A DNA stretch of 64,000 nt from an uncultured Gemmatimonadales bacterium (GCA_963825055.1 CAWGSK010000017.1:23236-87235); one strand, 5' to 3'; positions 29,034 through 40,016 are shown, counted from the first letter of the stretch. The notes: generated by a model from the letters alone, not told the origin. Translations and numbers: made by a program.

Positions 29034-30860
29034 TCAGGACAGGACGAGTTCCGGGACGGGCACGCCATGGGCCCGCAGGATATCGAGTGCCTCCGGGCCG
29101 TCCACGGTCTCCTGGTCGAGCAGGGCGGTGGCCAGCGCGTCGAGGGCGGGCCGATGTTCCCGGAGCAGCGTCACCACCCGGGCATACAGCGAATCGACGA
29201 TGCCGCGCACGTCGCGATCCATCGCCGCGTGGGTCTCGGCGCTCACCGGGGCCTGCTCGGTGTCCCAGGTGACCAGGCCGGTGGCTGGCCCCATGCCCAG
29301 GTGATAGACCATCTCCCGGGCGATGCGCGTCGTGTGGGAGAGATCGCTCCGGGCACCGCTGGTGATCGCGTCGGCACCGAATACCGTCTCTTCCGCCGCG
29401 CGCCCGCCCAGTCCCTTCAGTATCTGCCCTTCGAGGTAACGCCGTGATTGCAGGTGCCGGTCATCGTCCGGGGAGAAGTAGGCAACACCCATCGCCTGCC
29501 CACGCGGCTGGATGGTGACCTTGTGAAGGCCGTCCTCGGGGCACCCGATAACGCCGGCGATGGCGTGGCCCGCTTCGTGGTAGGCCACGATCCGCCACTC
29601 GGCAGTGGAGGCCGCGAATCCCGAGCGCTCCTTGCCCAGCAGCATCCGGTCGCGCGCCACCTCGAAATGCCGCCAGTCGACCGTGGTGCCGTTCTCACGC
29701 CCGGCGGCGATGGCCGCCTCGTTCACCAGGTTGGCCAGCTCGGCGCCACTGGTCCGCGGCATGAGCCGCGCCAGGCGCTTCAGGTCCACCTCGCCCAGGG
29801 GCAGGTGCCGCTGGGCCACGTGCAGGCGCAGGATCGCCTCGCGCTCCAGGGCCGTCGGCAGGGTGACGGTGATGGACCGGTCGAACCGGCCGGGACGGAG
29901 CAGGGCCGGATCCAGGTCGTCGGTGCGGTTGGTCGCTGCAATCACGACCACGCCGTCACTCGCGTCGAACCCGTCCATCTCCACCAGCAGCTGGTTGAGC
30001 GTCCGGTCATCCTCGTTGTGGGACTGGTTGCGCCCGCGCTTCCCGCCGAGGGCGTCGATTTCATCGATGAAGATCACGCCCCCGCCTCGGCGGGCCTTCC
30101 GGAAGAGCGACTTGATGCGCATGACGCCGAGTCCGACCATGAACCCGGTGATCTCGGAGCCGGAGACGGCATAGAAGGGCACGCCGGCTTCGCCGGCGAC
30201 CGCGCGGGCCATGAGGGTCTTCCCGGTGCCCGGCGCGCCGTACATCAGGATGCCCTTCGGGGTGCGGGCGCCGATCCGGGCGTACTGCTCCGGCGCGCCA
30301 AGGAACCCGGTGATCTCCCGGAGTTCCTGCACCACGCCCTCGTTCCCGGCCACGTCGGCGAATGTGGTCGAACTCTTTCCCCGGCGACCGATCCCGCGGT
30401 CACCGCCCGGCCCGCGGACATGGCGCACGACCACGTATCCGAGGGCCGAGATGAACAGCAGGTTGAGCAGCAGGTTCACCAGCTCCATGCCCGAGGGGCC
30501 GCGGGCCGGGCTCCGGAAGCTCACCCCGACCCCGGCATCGTCCGCACGTCGCACGATCGCATCCGTCTCCATTGTCGGGTAGACAATCCGCACCAGTCCG
30601 GTGGAGCGCCATGCCTCGATTTCGTGGCCGGGGATGATGACCAGCGAGTCCACCCGACCCTCGGACAGGTCGTTCACCAGGGCGCTGAAGGGGATACTCG
30701 GCGTCACCTTCGGGGCAGGCATGACCTGGTGGACCGTGAAGGCGAGCGCGGCAATCGCCAGGGCGACCGTGCCGACGAGCATGGCCTGCCAGACCCGGCG
30801 GCGGGGACGCCCCGGTGAGCTGGGATGGGTAACTGGATGAGTTTCCTGCGGTGCGGACAT
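29034..30860 (-). CDS. ftsH: FtsH-like ATP-dependent Zn metalloprotease (probably a secondary paralog)
   Basis: Two TM segments, Walker A GAPGTGKT, Walker [29 protein letters not shown]. Confidence 0.9.
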   Translation of the reverse strand: MSAPQETHPVTHPSSPGRPRRRVWQAMLVGTVALAIAALAFTVHQVMPAPKVTPSIPFSALVNDLSEGRVDSLVIIPGHEIEAWRSTGLVRIVYPTMETDAIVRRADDAGVGVSFRSPARGPSGMELVNLLLNLLFISALGYVVVRHVRGPGGDRGIGRRGKSSTTFADVAGNEGVVQELREITGFLGAPEQYARIGARTPKGILMYGAPGTGKTLMARAVAGEAGVPFYAVSGSEITGFMVGLGVMRIKSLFRKARRGGGVIFIDEIDALGGKRGRNQSHNEDDRTLNQLLVEMDGFDASDGVVVIAATNRTDDLDPALLRPGRFDRSITVTLPTALEREAILRLHVAQRHLPLGEVDLKRLARLMPRTSGAELANLVNEAAIAAGRENGTTVDWRHFEVARDRMLLGKERSGFAASTAEWRIVAYHEAGHAIAGVIGCPEDGLHKVTIQPRGQAMGVAYFSPDDDRHLQSRRYLEGQILKGLGGRAAEETVFGADAITSGARSDLSHTTRIAREMVYHLGMGPATGLVTWDTEQAPVSAETHAAMDRDVRGIVDSLYARVVTLLREHRPALDALATALLDQETVDGPEALDILRAHGVPVPELVLS

Positions 30861-30987
30861 GTGCTGATCCGGTGTGCGTGCGCAAACAGGCGGCCGTGGC
30901 CGTGGTCGGGAAACGGAACTGCATGGCGGGGAGGACTGCCTGGGCCGCTGATGCGGGGGAGATCCTGCTGACGCCGTACTCGTTTCT

Positions 30988-31003
30988 TGCAATGGCTATG
31001 CCA
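30988..31003 (-). promoter_or_regulatory. Sigma54 -24/-12 promoter of ftsH-like gene
   Basis: TGGCATAGCCATTGCA, near-perfect TGGCAC-N5-TTGCW. Confidence 0.75.
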
Positions 31004-31085
31004 CCATGCAAAGTACAGCATCGAGCCGGGCTACGGGAACTCCCGTACCGCGCCGACGGGGGAAAGCATCGCCGGAAAATTTTTC

Positions 31086-31111
31086 CAAGTCATTGTGGTA
31101 TTGGCACTTAC
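31086..31111. promoter_or_regulatory. IHF-like AT-rich site
   Basis: CAAGTCATTGTGGTATTGGCACTTAC; minus strand contains CAATGACTTG (CAAnnnnTTR). Confidence 0.5.
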
Positions 31112-31245
31112 GGGCGAGAGCCCCGAGGGCGAGGACGGGAGTGGTTCGCTTGAGACCGCGACGGACAAGGTCCATCCGGTTTCCGATCCATGCGCTCGAA
31201 AACGGACGGATCTCGCCTCCTGCAAAATCGGTTGGCTTTGTGCGT

Positions 31246-33210
31246 TTATGCCGCCGTGCTGTCAGCCTCCGCGAGAAACATGTCGTGGAAGTAGCCCGCC
31301 GGAATCGTCCCCTGCCGCATCAGCTTCTCATGAAACTCCTTGGCGGAGTACGCGCCGCCCCGGGCTGCCTGCCACTGGCCGCGAAGTTCGAGGATGGCAT
31401 TCTTGCCCAGGTTGTAGGTGATCGCCTGGGTGGGCCACTTGCTGTAGCGGTACATCGCCCGGCTGGCGCTGTTGCAGACGGCGCGGGCCTCGGGGTCCTG
31501 GTCGGCCGCGGCGCATGCGCCGGGGTAGAAGTTGACGTGCTCGGTGAAGTAGTCCCGGGCTTCGTCGTAGGTCATGCGCCCCGTGTGCATGCCGACATCC
31601 ACCCGGACCCGGACCGCGCGCAGCAGCTGCCCCTGCAGTTCGTACATGTGCTCCGCCGGCGTGTAGAACCCATGCGGCCGTCCCGCGACCGGCTCTGCCA
31701 TGAGTTCCTCGGCATAGAGCCCCCAGCCCTCCGCCGCCATCGAGTCTTCCCACATGGACGAGGAATCCTCCACCGCCCCGGGCGTGAGCCACCGGATGTT
31801 GCTGATCTCGCGCGCGTGCTCCGTCATGAACTTGTAGTGCCAGTCGTGGCCCGGAAATCCCTCGTGTACCGCCGTATCCGCAACCGACGCGCGATTGTTG
31901 AGCTTGAGCGCCGCCGCGTCGTTGTCGGTGGGGGTCAGGTAGAACCGGCCGACGCCGCTCTTCTTGAAGGGCGGGGCAGGGTAATAGGCCGCATCGATGG
32001 TGCTCCGGAGCACTGGTGGCGTGGGGACGACGTCCAGCCGGTAGTCCGCCGGAATCGTGAACATGTCGTGCTCGCGCCCGTAGGCGACGGCGCGTTCCCC
32101 GGACTCGCGATACCAGCGGAACAGCTCGTCATCATTCCGCGGGGAATCCTGGCCCAGGAACGTCATGACGGCGCGGACGGACGTCCGCCGCTCGGTGTCC
32201 GTGCCGAACGGCAGGCGCAGGCCCGACTGTCGCGCCACCTCGGCGGCGACGTCGAACAGCTTTGTCTCGTACATCGCGACCTGCTCGGCACCGTACTCGA
32301 AAAGGTCGGCCGGGCTCCGTGTCACCTGCAGGCAGTGCTGGAGACGCCAGGCGTATTCCTCCTCCCCGGCGGCGAAGCGGTCTGTGGCCGGGTTGGTGCC
32401 GAAGGTCTGCTCCAGGAACCCGGCGAAGCCCGTGTAGGCGTCCGCGGCGGCGGTGCCGGCCGGGTCAAGCCGGCCCATCACCGAGCCTGTGAAGGGCCGG
32501 CCGCCGAGCAGGTCGGTGGCCGTGGCCTTGAGAGCCGTCCGGAAATACTCCGCATTGGCGCGACTGCCGTCGATGCCGTCGAACTGGACCATGCGCCAGT
32601 CAGGAAGGTTGCCGGCGGTCCGGCCTGCCAGGAGGTTGGTCCGGGCGGTGGCGAGATACTCCGGAATCGCCTGCAGCCGCTGGATGACCAGGTCCCACTC
32701 GTCGAGCGACCCGAGCCGGTTGCCCTCGAATGCCGTCATCTGCTGGATCTGCCAGTCGATCCCGCGGAAAGGCTCCGCCACGTACGTGTCGACCGACCGC
32801 TGGTAATAGCGGCGGTCCTGCTGGTGCAGGAGGAAGGCGATCTGTGCCTGCAGGACCTGCAGGTCCACCCGGTTGACGTCGGAAAGGGTCGCAGGATCGA
32901 TCGTCGCGGCCTGGGACTCGATGTCTCCGTAGAACTTTGCCTCCCGGGCCAGCGCCCCGCTGTCATAGTTGCGCAGGCGCCGGTTGATGTCCGCCAGGCT
33001 CGGGTCGTATCCGTCGCCGCCGAGGTATGTGGCGGTGACGGGGTTGAACTCGAGGGTGCGGAGGAAGTACCGGTCACGCAGGGCGACGAACGTGGCATCG
33101 GCGCCGGTGGCGGCGCCCTCGGCGGCCGGGCGGCAGGCCCCGAGGTAGCGGAGAATCCCGAAGGCCGAGGCGGCCTGGGCGGAGTTGGTAACGAAGCGAC
33201 GTCGATCCAT
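31246..33210 (-). CDS. DUF885 family protein, Tat-exported lipoprotein
   Basis: MDRRRFV twin-Arg leader, LGAC, HEGFPGHDWH, EGWGLYAE, VDVGMH, QAITYNLG. Confidence 0.9.
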   Translation of the reverse strand: MDRRRFVTNSAQAASAFGILRYLGACRPAAEGAATGADATFVALRDRYFLRTLEFNPVTATYLGGDGYDPSLADINRRLRNYDSGALAREAKFYGDIESQAATIDPATLSDVNRVDLQVLQAQIAFLLHQQDRRYYQRSVDTYVAEPFRGIDWQIQQMTAFEGNRLGSLDEWDLVIQRLQAIPEYLATARTNLLAGRTAGNLPDWRMVQFDGIDGSRANAEYFRTALKATATDLLGGRPFTGSVMGRLDPAGTAAADAYTGFAGFLEQTFGTNPATDRFAAGEEEYAWRLQHCLQVTRSPADLFEYGAEQVAMYETKLFDVAAEVARQSGLRLPFGTDTERRTSVRAVMTFLGQDSPRNDDELFRWYRESGERAVAYGREHDMFTIPADYRLDVVPTPPVLRSTIDAAYYPAPPFKKSGVGRFYLTPTDNDAAALKLNNRASVADTAVHEGFPGHDWHYKFMTEHAREISNIRWLTPGAVEDSSSMWEDSMAAEGWGLYAEELMAEPVAGRPHGFYTPAEHMYELQGQLLRAVRVRVDVGMHTGRMTYDEARDYFTEHVNFYPGACAAADQDPEARAVCNSASRAMYRYSKWPTQAITYNLGKNAILELRGQWQAARGGAYSAKEFHEKLMRQGTIPAGYFHDMFLAEADSTAA

Positions 33211-33277
33211 ACAGCCACCTGGAGAAGAAGCGTGGGAGTTGCGGACGGCGACCCGGCCGGGGTATGGATAATATCCC

Positions 33278-34705
33278 ATGAGCCATCCTGCGGCAGTCCT
33301 CGACCTCGACCTGGAAACCATGCGGCGCCTCGGGGCCCGCGTGGTGGATATCGTTGCCCGTCACCACGCGACGCTTCGCGAACAGCGGGTGCACGCGCCG
33401 GAATCGCGCCGGGCGGTCGCCGGGATCATCCGCGGCACGGCTCCCGAGCAACCCGGCGACCCTGAGGCGCTGCTCTCCTGGCTTACCGACGCGGTGCTGC
33501 GGCGGAGTTCCCGGGAACCGCATCCGGGCTTCCTGGCGTACGTTCCGAGCTGCCCGACGTTCCCGGCGATCGCGGGTGACTGGCTCGCGACCGGGTTCAA
33601 TCCGTTCGCGGGCGTCTGGCCGGTGGCGCCGGGCCCCAACCAGCTCGAGTTGCTCGTCATGGACTGGTTTCGCACCTGGCTTGGCATGCCCGAGGGCACC
33701 TCCGGCCTCTTCACGTCCGGAGGATCCTCGGCCACCATGACGGCGGTCGTGGCGGCGCGGCATGCCGCGCTCCAGGGGGACGACGCCGCCATCAGCCGCC
33801 TCGTCCTGTACACGTCCGACCAGGCGCATTCGTCCGTCGCGCGGGCCGCATGGATCGCGGGAATTCCGCGCGACAACGTGCGGTCGATCGGGACCGACGA
33901 TGGCTACCGCCTCCGGCCCGACCTGCTGCTGCAGGCTGTTGCCCGGGACCGCGCCGCCGGACTGCGGCCGTTCATTGTGGTGGCGAACGCCGGCACCACG
34001 AACACCGGCGCGGTGGATCCGCTCCACGAGGTGGGTGAGTTCTGCCGGGGGGAGGATCTGTGGTATCACGTGGACGCCGCGTACGGCGGTTTCGCCACGC
34101 TGGTGCCGGGGGGAGGCGACCTCATGCGCGGCCTCGCGCTGGCGGACACGGTAACCCTCGACCCGCACAAGTGGCTGTTCGTTCCGTTCGAGTGCGGCTG
34201 CCTGCTGGCCCGCGACCCGGCGCGGCTGGCCGATGCGTTCCGGATCTACCCCGAATATCTCAAGGATGTCGAGTCGGACGGCGACGAGGTGAACTTCGCC
34301 GACTGGGGGGCGCAGCTCACCCGTTACGCCCGGGTGTTCAAGGTCTGGCTCGGCGTCAGCTACTTCGGCATGTCCGCCATCCGCGCCGGCATCCAGCACG
34401 GGATCGACCTGGCCCGCCGGGTGGAACAGCGGGTGCTGGCGGCTGCGGACCTGGAGCTCCTCTCGCCGGCGCAACTCGGTATCGCCTGCTTCCGGGTGCA
34501 CCCTCCCGGCCTGGACGATCCGGCCGCCCTTGACCAGCTCAACGAGCGCGTGAACGCCGCAATCAACACCGGCGGACGGTTCTTCATCTCCTCTACCCGA
34601 CTTCGCGATGCCTTCGCCCTCAGGATCTGTGCGCTCGGATTCCGGACGACGGTGGAGGATGTGGATGAGCTGGTGGAGGCAGTGAGGGAGGCGGGATGTG
34701 GTTAG
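33278..34705 (+). CDS. PLP-dependent group II amino-acid decarboxylase
   Basis: SGGSSAT, SDQAHSS, AGTTNTGAVD, HVDAAYGG, DPHKW. Confidence 0.93.
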   Translation: MSHPAAVLDLDLETMRRLGARVVDIVARHHATLREQRVHAPESRRAVAGIIRGTAPEQPGDPEALLSWLTDAVLRRSSREPHPGFLAYVPSCPTFPAIAGDWLATGFNPFAGVWPVAPGPNQLELLVMDWFRTWLGMPEGTSGLFTSGGSSATMTAVVAARHAALQGDDAAISRLVLYTSDQAHSSVARAAWIAGIPRDNVRSIGTDDGYRLRPDLLLQAVARDRAAGLRPFIVVANAGTTNTGAVDPLHEVGEFCRGEDLWYHVDAAYGGFATLVPGGGDLMRGLALADTVTLDPHKWLFVPFECGCLLARDPARLADAFRIYPEYLKDVESDGDEVNFADWGAQLTRYARVFKVWLGVSYFGMSAIRAGIQHGIDLARRVEQRVLAAADLELLSPAQLGIACFRVHPPGLDDPAALDQLNERVNAAINTGGRFFISSTRLRDAFALRICALGFRTTVEDVDELVEAVREAGCG

Positions 34706-34855
34706 GGACTAGTGACTGGTGATTAGTGACTAGTGACTAGTGATTAGTGATTAGTGCTTCAGGGTGAGTATCTTCGCGGAACCCGACACCCGACACCCGA
34801 CACCCGACACCCGACACCCGACACCCGACACCCGACACCCGACACCCGACACCCC
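34706..34855. repeat. Bipartite element (GTGAYTA)n-core-(ACCCGAC)~10
   Basis: Read directly; right arm abuts the next start codon. Confidence 0.9.
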
Positions 34856-34857
34856 CG

Positions 34858-35307
34858 ATGCGCCGAGCCCTTCTCCTCCTTTCGACCCTCCTCCTCCCCG
34901 CCTGCGGGGAGAGCACGCCGGATCCCGGCATCTCCGGTGACAGTGCCTCGGGAATCCGGAGCAGCACGGTCGCGGCCGACGACACGTTCGATCTCAACAT
35001 GGGGGCGCGGGTGAAGGCGGGCGACGGTCTGGAACTGGCCCTGACCGGGGTGCTGGAGGACTCGCGCTGCCCCGAGGGAGCTCAGTGCATCCAGGCCGGC
35101 CGTGCGCGGCTCTCGCTCGAGGTGGGCGATTCCAGTGGACTTACGAGGGTGATCATCCTGGCCACGACGCCGGACAGCGCGACCCGGGATACCGCGTTTG
35201 GTCGCGTGGTCCGGCTGATTACCCTGGCGCCTGCCCCGGCCATAGGTGTCCCGGTGGTACAGGGCGATTACACGGCTCGACTGGTCCTGGGTCCCGGAGG
35301 GCCGTGA
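34858..35307 (+). CDS. Small lipoprotein with DSRCPxxxxCxxxG motif
   Basis: Lipobox LPAC; DSRCPEGAQCIQAG. Confidence 0.8.
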   Translation: MRRALLLLSTLLLPACGESTPDPGISGDSASGIRSSTVAADDTFDLNMGARVKAGDGLELALTGVLEDSRCPEGAQCIQAGRARLSLEVGDSSGLTRVIILATTPDSATRDTAFGRVVRLITLAPAPAIGVPVVQGDYTARLVLGPGGP

Positions 35308-36257
35308 ACAGGGCGCTGCTTCTGGTTCTGGTGGCAGGACTACTGGCCGCCTGTGGAGACCGTCCGGACCCGATGCCGGACGAGCCGCCGGTTACTGCCG
35401 CCTTGCCGGATACGGGAGCCGTGCGCGCCCTCATGCGGCACGTGGACTACCTCGTGGCGCCCGGCATCGTGATGCGGATCGAGCGGCTCCGCGGCGCCCT
35501 TCGGCCGGTGGGGAATGCCCCCGTTTCGTTCGATGACCCCCGGTCCTTCGTGCTGCACACGGACGCGGCGGCGATGAGCCTGCGGTGGGATGACTTGAGC
35601 CGGCTGCTCAATGACTTCGTCTTCAACTACCAGGGTTCGTCCCTCAGCGGCCTGGAGGTCAGGCCGGAGAACGGGAAGCTCCGGCAGAGCGGCACTCTCC
35701 ACAAGATTCTCCCCATCCCCTTCAGCATCCTGGCCGAGGTTTCCCTCAGCGATTCCGGGCTGATTCGCCTGCACCCGGTGTCCATCCGTATCGTGGGCAT
35801 ACCGGCCGGGGGGCTGCTCGAGTTCCTCGGTGTTGAACTCGACGGCCTGGTCAGGAACAACCGGGCTCACGGAGTTCGCGTCGTGGATAACGACCTTCTT
35901 CTGGATCCTGCGGGATTGCTACCGCCACCCCGGATCGAGGGACGGCTGACCGGCCTGACTATCGGCGGCGACGCCCTGTTCCAGATCTTTGGCCCGCCGG
36001 ATACCGTCCCCGTTCACGCACCGGTCGGCACCCCCGACAGCATCGGGAACTACCTGTTCTTTCGGGAGGGAGCGCTCAGTTTCGGCAAGCTCATCATGCG
36101 GCCGGCGGACATGCTGATCGTGGACCAGGACCAGTCAACCCCGTTTGTATTCTACCTGAACCGCTATCGCGACCAGCTGGTACGCGGTTATCACCGCACC
36201 CTGCCGGACGACGGGTTGGTGGTGTATATGCCGGACTATGAGGGGAAGCGGGAGTAG
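35304..36257 (+). CDS. Hypothetical lipoprotein
   Basis: GTGA overlap with upstream stop; lipobox LAAC. Confidence 0.75.
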   Translation: MNRALLLVLVAGLLAACGDRPDPMPDEPPVTAALPDTGAVRALMRHVDYLVAPGIVMRIERLRGALRPVGNAPVSFDDPRSFVLHTDAAAMSLRWDDLSRLLNDFVFNYQGSSLSGLEVRPENGKLRQSGTLHKILPIPFSILAEVSLSDSGLIRLHPVSIRIVGIPAGGLLEFLGVELDGLVRNNRAHGVRVVDNDLLLDPAGLLPPPRIEGRLTGLTIGGDALFQIFGPPDTVPVHAPVGTPDSIGNYLFFREGALSFGKLIMRPADMLIVDQDQSTPFVFYLNRYRDQLVRGYHRTLPDDGLVVYMPDYEGKRE

Positions 36258-36490
36258 GGAGTAGGGAGTAGGGAGCAGGCAGTGGGCAGTAGGAAGTAGG
36301 GAGTAGGGAGTAGGGAGTAGGCAGTAGGCAGTGGGCAGTAGGGAGTGGGGAGAGGAGGGAGACTGCTTCCGCCGATACCAACTACCCGATTCCGGACACT
36401 CGCTTCCAGGGCAATCGAGCTTGCGCGGACGATTGCCGACTGCCGATTCCCCATTGCCTGGCTCTACTGCCTACTGCCTACTCCCTACTC
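36250..36490. repeat. Bipartite element (GAGTAGG/GCAGTAG)n-core-(CCGATTG/CCTACTG)n
   Basis: Read directly; contains both convergent stops. Confidence 0.85.
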
Positions 36491-36947
36491 CCTGTTCCAG
36501 CACCACATACCTCCCCACATAACTCTCCTGCGGGATGATCTGGTCGAAGCTCGAGCGGTCGGGCAGGAGGCGGGTGCGCTGGATGATCCAGTTGTCGACG
36601 GTGGCGGCGTCGTGGAGGGCAGGCGGTATGCGGGAGGTCACCAGGCGGGTCGTGTCCGCGTTCCCGGTGACGACGGTCAGCCCGGTCTTGACCTCGCCTT
36701 CCCAGACGCAGAGCACGAAGGCCAGGACGGGGCAGCGCTGGTCGTCGAAGACGGAATCGAGGCGGAACCGAAGGCCGGCCCCGGTAATGGCGGCGGTTTC
36801 GCCGACACGGAGCTCGAACGTGTCGCCGATCGCGGCAACCACCGCTGCGTCGCCGTTGTTGCCATCCGGCCCCGTGACGGGGGACTCGTGATGGCAGGCG
36901 AGCAGAGGCATGAGGAGGGCAAGGATACGGATATGTCGCACGGTCAA
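36471..36947 (-). CDS. Small lipoprotein, paralog of 34858-35307
   Basis: Lipobox LLAC; DTFELRVG, DQRCPVLAFVLCVWEG. Confidence 0.75.
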   Translation of the reverse strand: MTVRHIRILALLMPLLACHHESPVTGPDGNNGDAAVVAAIGDTFELRVGETAAITGAGLRFRLDSVFDDQRCPVLAFVLCVWEGEVKTGLTVVTGNADTTRLVTSRIPPALHDAATVDNWIIQRTRLLPDRSSFDQIIPQESYVGRYVVLEQGVGSRQ

Positions 36948-37017
36948 CTCCCGTTCAGGTCAGAAAAGGATGTCCTGATCCACTGACCCCGGGAAGGCGG
37001 GGGTGGTCACGGGGGGC

Positions 37018-37294
37018 CGGGTATGGGGGATGGGATATGGGGGATGGGGGATGGGGGATCAGGGATCGTTGAGTCGTTGAGTGGTTGAGTCGTTAGTGGT
37101 TTCGCCGGTCGGTCTCGATCCCCCGCGACGGGACTGAAGTCCCTGCTCGGCACGTCGTCGCCCGCCGGCGATATTCGGACCGCCTGACCGCCTGACCGCC
37201 TGACCGCCTGACCGCCTGACCGCCTGACCGCCTGACCGCCTGACCGCCTGACCGCCTGACCGCCTGACCGCCTGACCGCCTGACCGCCTGACCG
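37018..37294. repeat. G-rich arms (GGGGGAT)n/(GTTGAGTC)n, palindromic core GGGACTGAAGTCCC, perfect (GACCGCCT)~14
   Basis: Read directly. Confidence 0.9.
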
Positions 37295-37295
37295 C

Positions 37296-38522
37296 TCAGC
37301 ATCCCACCCGGGCGGTACTCACCACGAAATTGTCGAACGTCCGGGACTGCGCGACCGGCGAGCCAGCGTTCCAGTAGTTCTCCAGGAACACGGCGTTGAT
37401 GCCGTACTGGTTGTAACTCCCGAGCCAGTTCAACGCGGTGCGGCTCGCCTCGAGGTTCCCGTCCAGCCAGAACTCGAACACGCCGTTGGAGGCGCCGGCA
37501 TCGTTCAGGCGGACATGCACCTCCACGCAGCGCCACTGGCCGGTTGAGGCGGTGGCGAAGAGCGGCGTGGCACCCCGGGCCGAGCCCAGCCAGCGCATAT
37601 TGGGAAAGTCGTTGTAGGTGGTGGTCAGCACGGCCCCCTGCGTGTCGGTGCCGCTGGCTGGATCCAGGACCAGGTAGTCGCGCGTATTCACGTTCCCACC
37701 GCTCCACACATGGGCGAACATGGACTGGGCCCAGCTGGACGCGCTGACGAAGCTCGTGGCGCGTGTCAGCTTGTCACCGCCACCCCCGGTCCACCCCGCC
37801 TGGTTCTTCAGGTAGAAGCGCCACCAGAGCTCCCGGTAATTGGCGGTGCCGGCATCCACCGCGCGGAAATACGGCTGCGGTGTCCTGCCGAAGGCCAGGT
37901 GCAGGGCGCCCGCCGCCTTCTGCCCCTGGGCCCAGGTCGCGACCATGCCCCAGGAGCTGTCCGCTCCGGCGGCAGCCGTGCGGAGGAAGGAGTTGTTGTC
38001 GGTGGCGTACTCGAAGTAGCTGCCGAGCCGGTCCTGGTCGAAGTCGTCACACCAGATCCAGGCGGCGTCCGGCTGGGCGCACTCATTGGCCAGCCCCTGC
38101 GGTCCCGGAGGTGGCGGTGGTGGGGGAGGGGGAGGGGGGGTGCCCGTATCGACAACCGCGACGACCGCCGTATCGATCATCCCGGTCGAGAGGCTCCGGG
38201 CGATCACCTGGTAGCTGCCGCCCTGTCCCCCCGCCGTGAAGCTCCCCATGCTCGAGATGGAACCCCCGGTGGCGCTCCAGCTGACCGGCACCGTGGCGCT
38301 GTCGCCGTTGTTCCGATGCTCCCAGGCGGTGAATCCCAGCATCTCCCCGGGCATGAGGTCCGCAGTGCCGGGGAGCACGGAGAGCTCCGTTGCCACCGGC
38401 GTTCCGGACCCATCGGGGCCGGTGGAAGAAGGAGCCATGCATGCCGGCAGGCAGAGCACGAACAGCGGGAGCATCATGGACGAACACCGCGCGAAGCGCG
38501 CGGCTCGGGGCGAGGAAACCAT
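37296..38522 (-). CDS. Lipoprotein: Ig-like domain, poly-Pro linker, LamG/polysaccharide-lyase-like beta-sandwich
   Basis: LPAC; VSWSATGGSI; P10 linker; WCDDFD, WRCVEVHVRLN, FDNFVVSTARVGC. Confidence 0.7.
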   Translation of the reverse strand: MVSSPRAARFARCSSMMLPLFVLCLPACMAPSSTGPDGSGTPVATELSVLPGTADLMPGEMLGFTAWEHRNNGDSATVPVSWSATGGSISSMGSFTAGGQGGSYQVIARSLSTGMIDTAVVAVVDTGTPPPPPPPPPPPGPQGLANECAQPDAAWIWCDDFDQDRLGSYFEYATDNNSFLRTAAAGADSSWGMVATWAQGQKAAGALHLAFGRTPQPYFRAVDAGTANYRELWWRFYLKNQAGWTGGGGDKLTRATSFVSASSWAQSMFAHVWSGGNVNTRDYLVLDPASGTDTQGAVLTTTYNDFPNMRWLGSARGATPLFATASTGQWRCVEVHVRLNDAGASNGVFEFWLDGNLEASRTALNWLGSYNQYGINAVFLENYWNAGSPVAQSRTFDNFVVSTARVGC

Positions 38523-38636
38523 GTGGGCACCATCAGAACTGAACGAGATGATGACACAGGGGGAGTGAAGTGCAAGATGGTGATGGAGGAAGAGTTACGC
38601 AATTGGCAGGTATGAGACGGTGTATGGAAACACGAC

Positions 38637-38746
38637 AGTAGTGAGTAGTGAGTAGTGAGTAGTGATTGGTGATTAGTGATTAGTGATTAGTGCTTCAGGG
38701 CCGGGATCCATGCTCTGAAGCACTACTCACTACTCACTACTCACTG
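38637..38746. repeat. Inverted heptamer arms (GTGAGTA/GTGATTA)n-AGTGCTTCAG...CTGAAGCACT-(ACTCACT)n
   Basis: Read directly; long hairpin potential; supplies the NPP stop. Confidence 0.9.
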
Positions 38747-39981
38747 CCTCTCAGCATCACCCTGACCGAGTCGAGGCTCCCGTCGTTTCTGGCCGGGGTG
38801 AGGCCCAGGACATGGGCCATCAGGTCATACAGATGAATGTTCGCCACCGGCGGGGTCTTCACACCGGTGCGGAAATCGGGTCCGGCGGCGATAAGGATGC
38901 CGTGCATGCTCGCGAGGGCCGGGTCGAAGCCGTGGTTCCCGCCGTTGAATCGCTCGGGGGACGCCGTCGCGCGCTGGCGCGTGGTGATGCTCCAGCCCTC
39001 GTCGGCCAGGCCGATGATCGGGGCCACGCGCGGGTTGTCCCGGTAGTGAAATCGTTCCGGCAACTCCGCCTTGCGCCAGACCTGCATGTGGCCCGCCCGG
39101 CTGAGTCCACGGTACACGCTGTCCTCCATGCCGGGGTGGGGCCGGATGGCGAGCACCGGCGACCAGTCGATGATATCTGCCGTGCGCAGGTCGATGTAGT
39201 CGTCCAGGATGACGAGCCGGTTCGCGCTGGTGGCCGCCATGCCGTGATCGGAGACGATGACGATGTCGGTGCGGTCGAGCACGCCCCGCGTCCTGAGGCC
39301 GTCAACCAGCTGTCCCACGGCCGCATCCACCCGTGCAATGGCCGAGTCTACCTGGGGCGATTCCGGGCCGGAATCGTGGCCGGCGCCATCCACGTCGCTC
39401 ATGTAGAGCGTGAGGAACGTGGGGTGCTGCGGGGCGGGGAGGTCCACCCAGTCGAGGACCTGCTTCACCCGGGCGCTGTTCGACACCCGGCCGTCATACT
39501 TGCGGGTGAAGGACGGGCGGACACCCTCGATGGTCGCTTCGGAACCGGGCCAGAACATGGTTCCGGCATGCTGGCCCTGCTTCTCGGCGGTGATCCAGAG
39601 CGGCTCGCCACCCCACCAGCGCCCATCGGTGACTGCCGCAGCATCGCTCATCCGGAACCATGCGTCGAAGCCGGGGTCGTAGATCGTATTGGCAACTATG
39701 CCGTGGTCACCCGGGTAGAGCCCGGTGACGATGGTGTAATGGTTGGGGAAAGTCTTGCTGGGAAACGACGGGATCAGCGCCTGTGCCTGAACCCCGCGGG
39801 CGGCCAGCTCGCGCAGGTGCACCGCCGCGGGCCGGTCCAGGTAGTCCCAGCGAAAGCCGTCGAGTGAGACCAGGATGAGGGCATACGGTGGTTCCGACGG
39901 AACTGGTGGCGCGGCCGGACGGCCCCCGCACGCGGGCAGGAGCAGGAGGACGACGAGAAGGAGCGATAGGAGGCGGCGCAT
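38737..39981 (-). CDS. Nucleotide pyrophosphatase/phosphodiesterase (alkaline phosphatase superfamily) lipoprotein
   Basis: SLDGFRWDY, SKTFPNHYTIVTGLYP, DGAGH, SDHGM, GNHGFD. Confidence 0.95.
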   Translation of the reverse strand: MRRLLSLLLVVLLLLPACGGRPAAPPVPSEPPYALILVSLDGFRWDYLDRPAAVHLRELAARGVQAQALIPSFPSKTFPNHYTIVTGLYPGDHGIVANTIYDPGFDAWFRMSDAAAVTDGRWWGGEPLWITAEKQGQHAGTMFWPGSEATIEGVRPSFTRKYDGRVSNSARVKQVLDWVDLPAPQHPTFLTLYMSDVDGAGHDSGPESPQVDSAIARVDAAVGQLVDGLRTRGVLDRTDIVIVSDHGMAATSANRLVILDDYIDLRTADIIDWSPVLAIRPHPGMEDSVYRGLSRAGHMQVWRKAELPERFHYRDNPRVAPIIGLADEGWSITTRQRATASPERFNGGNHGFDPALASMHGILIAAGPDFRTGVKTPPVANIHLYDLMAHVLGLTPARNDGSLDSVRVMLRGSE

Positions 39982-40016
39982 GGGGTTCCCGGGTCAGGGC
40001 AGAGCGGGAAAGATAG

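Noticed and set aside
37178..37294. Possible CRISPR array (also 34781-34855 and 53505-53985)
   Set aside because: Units are 7-9 bp, head-to-tail, with no unique spacers, and no cas genes are present.
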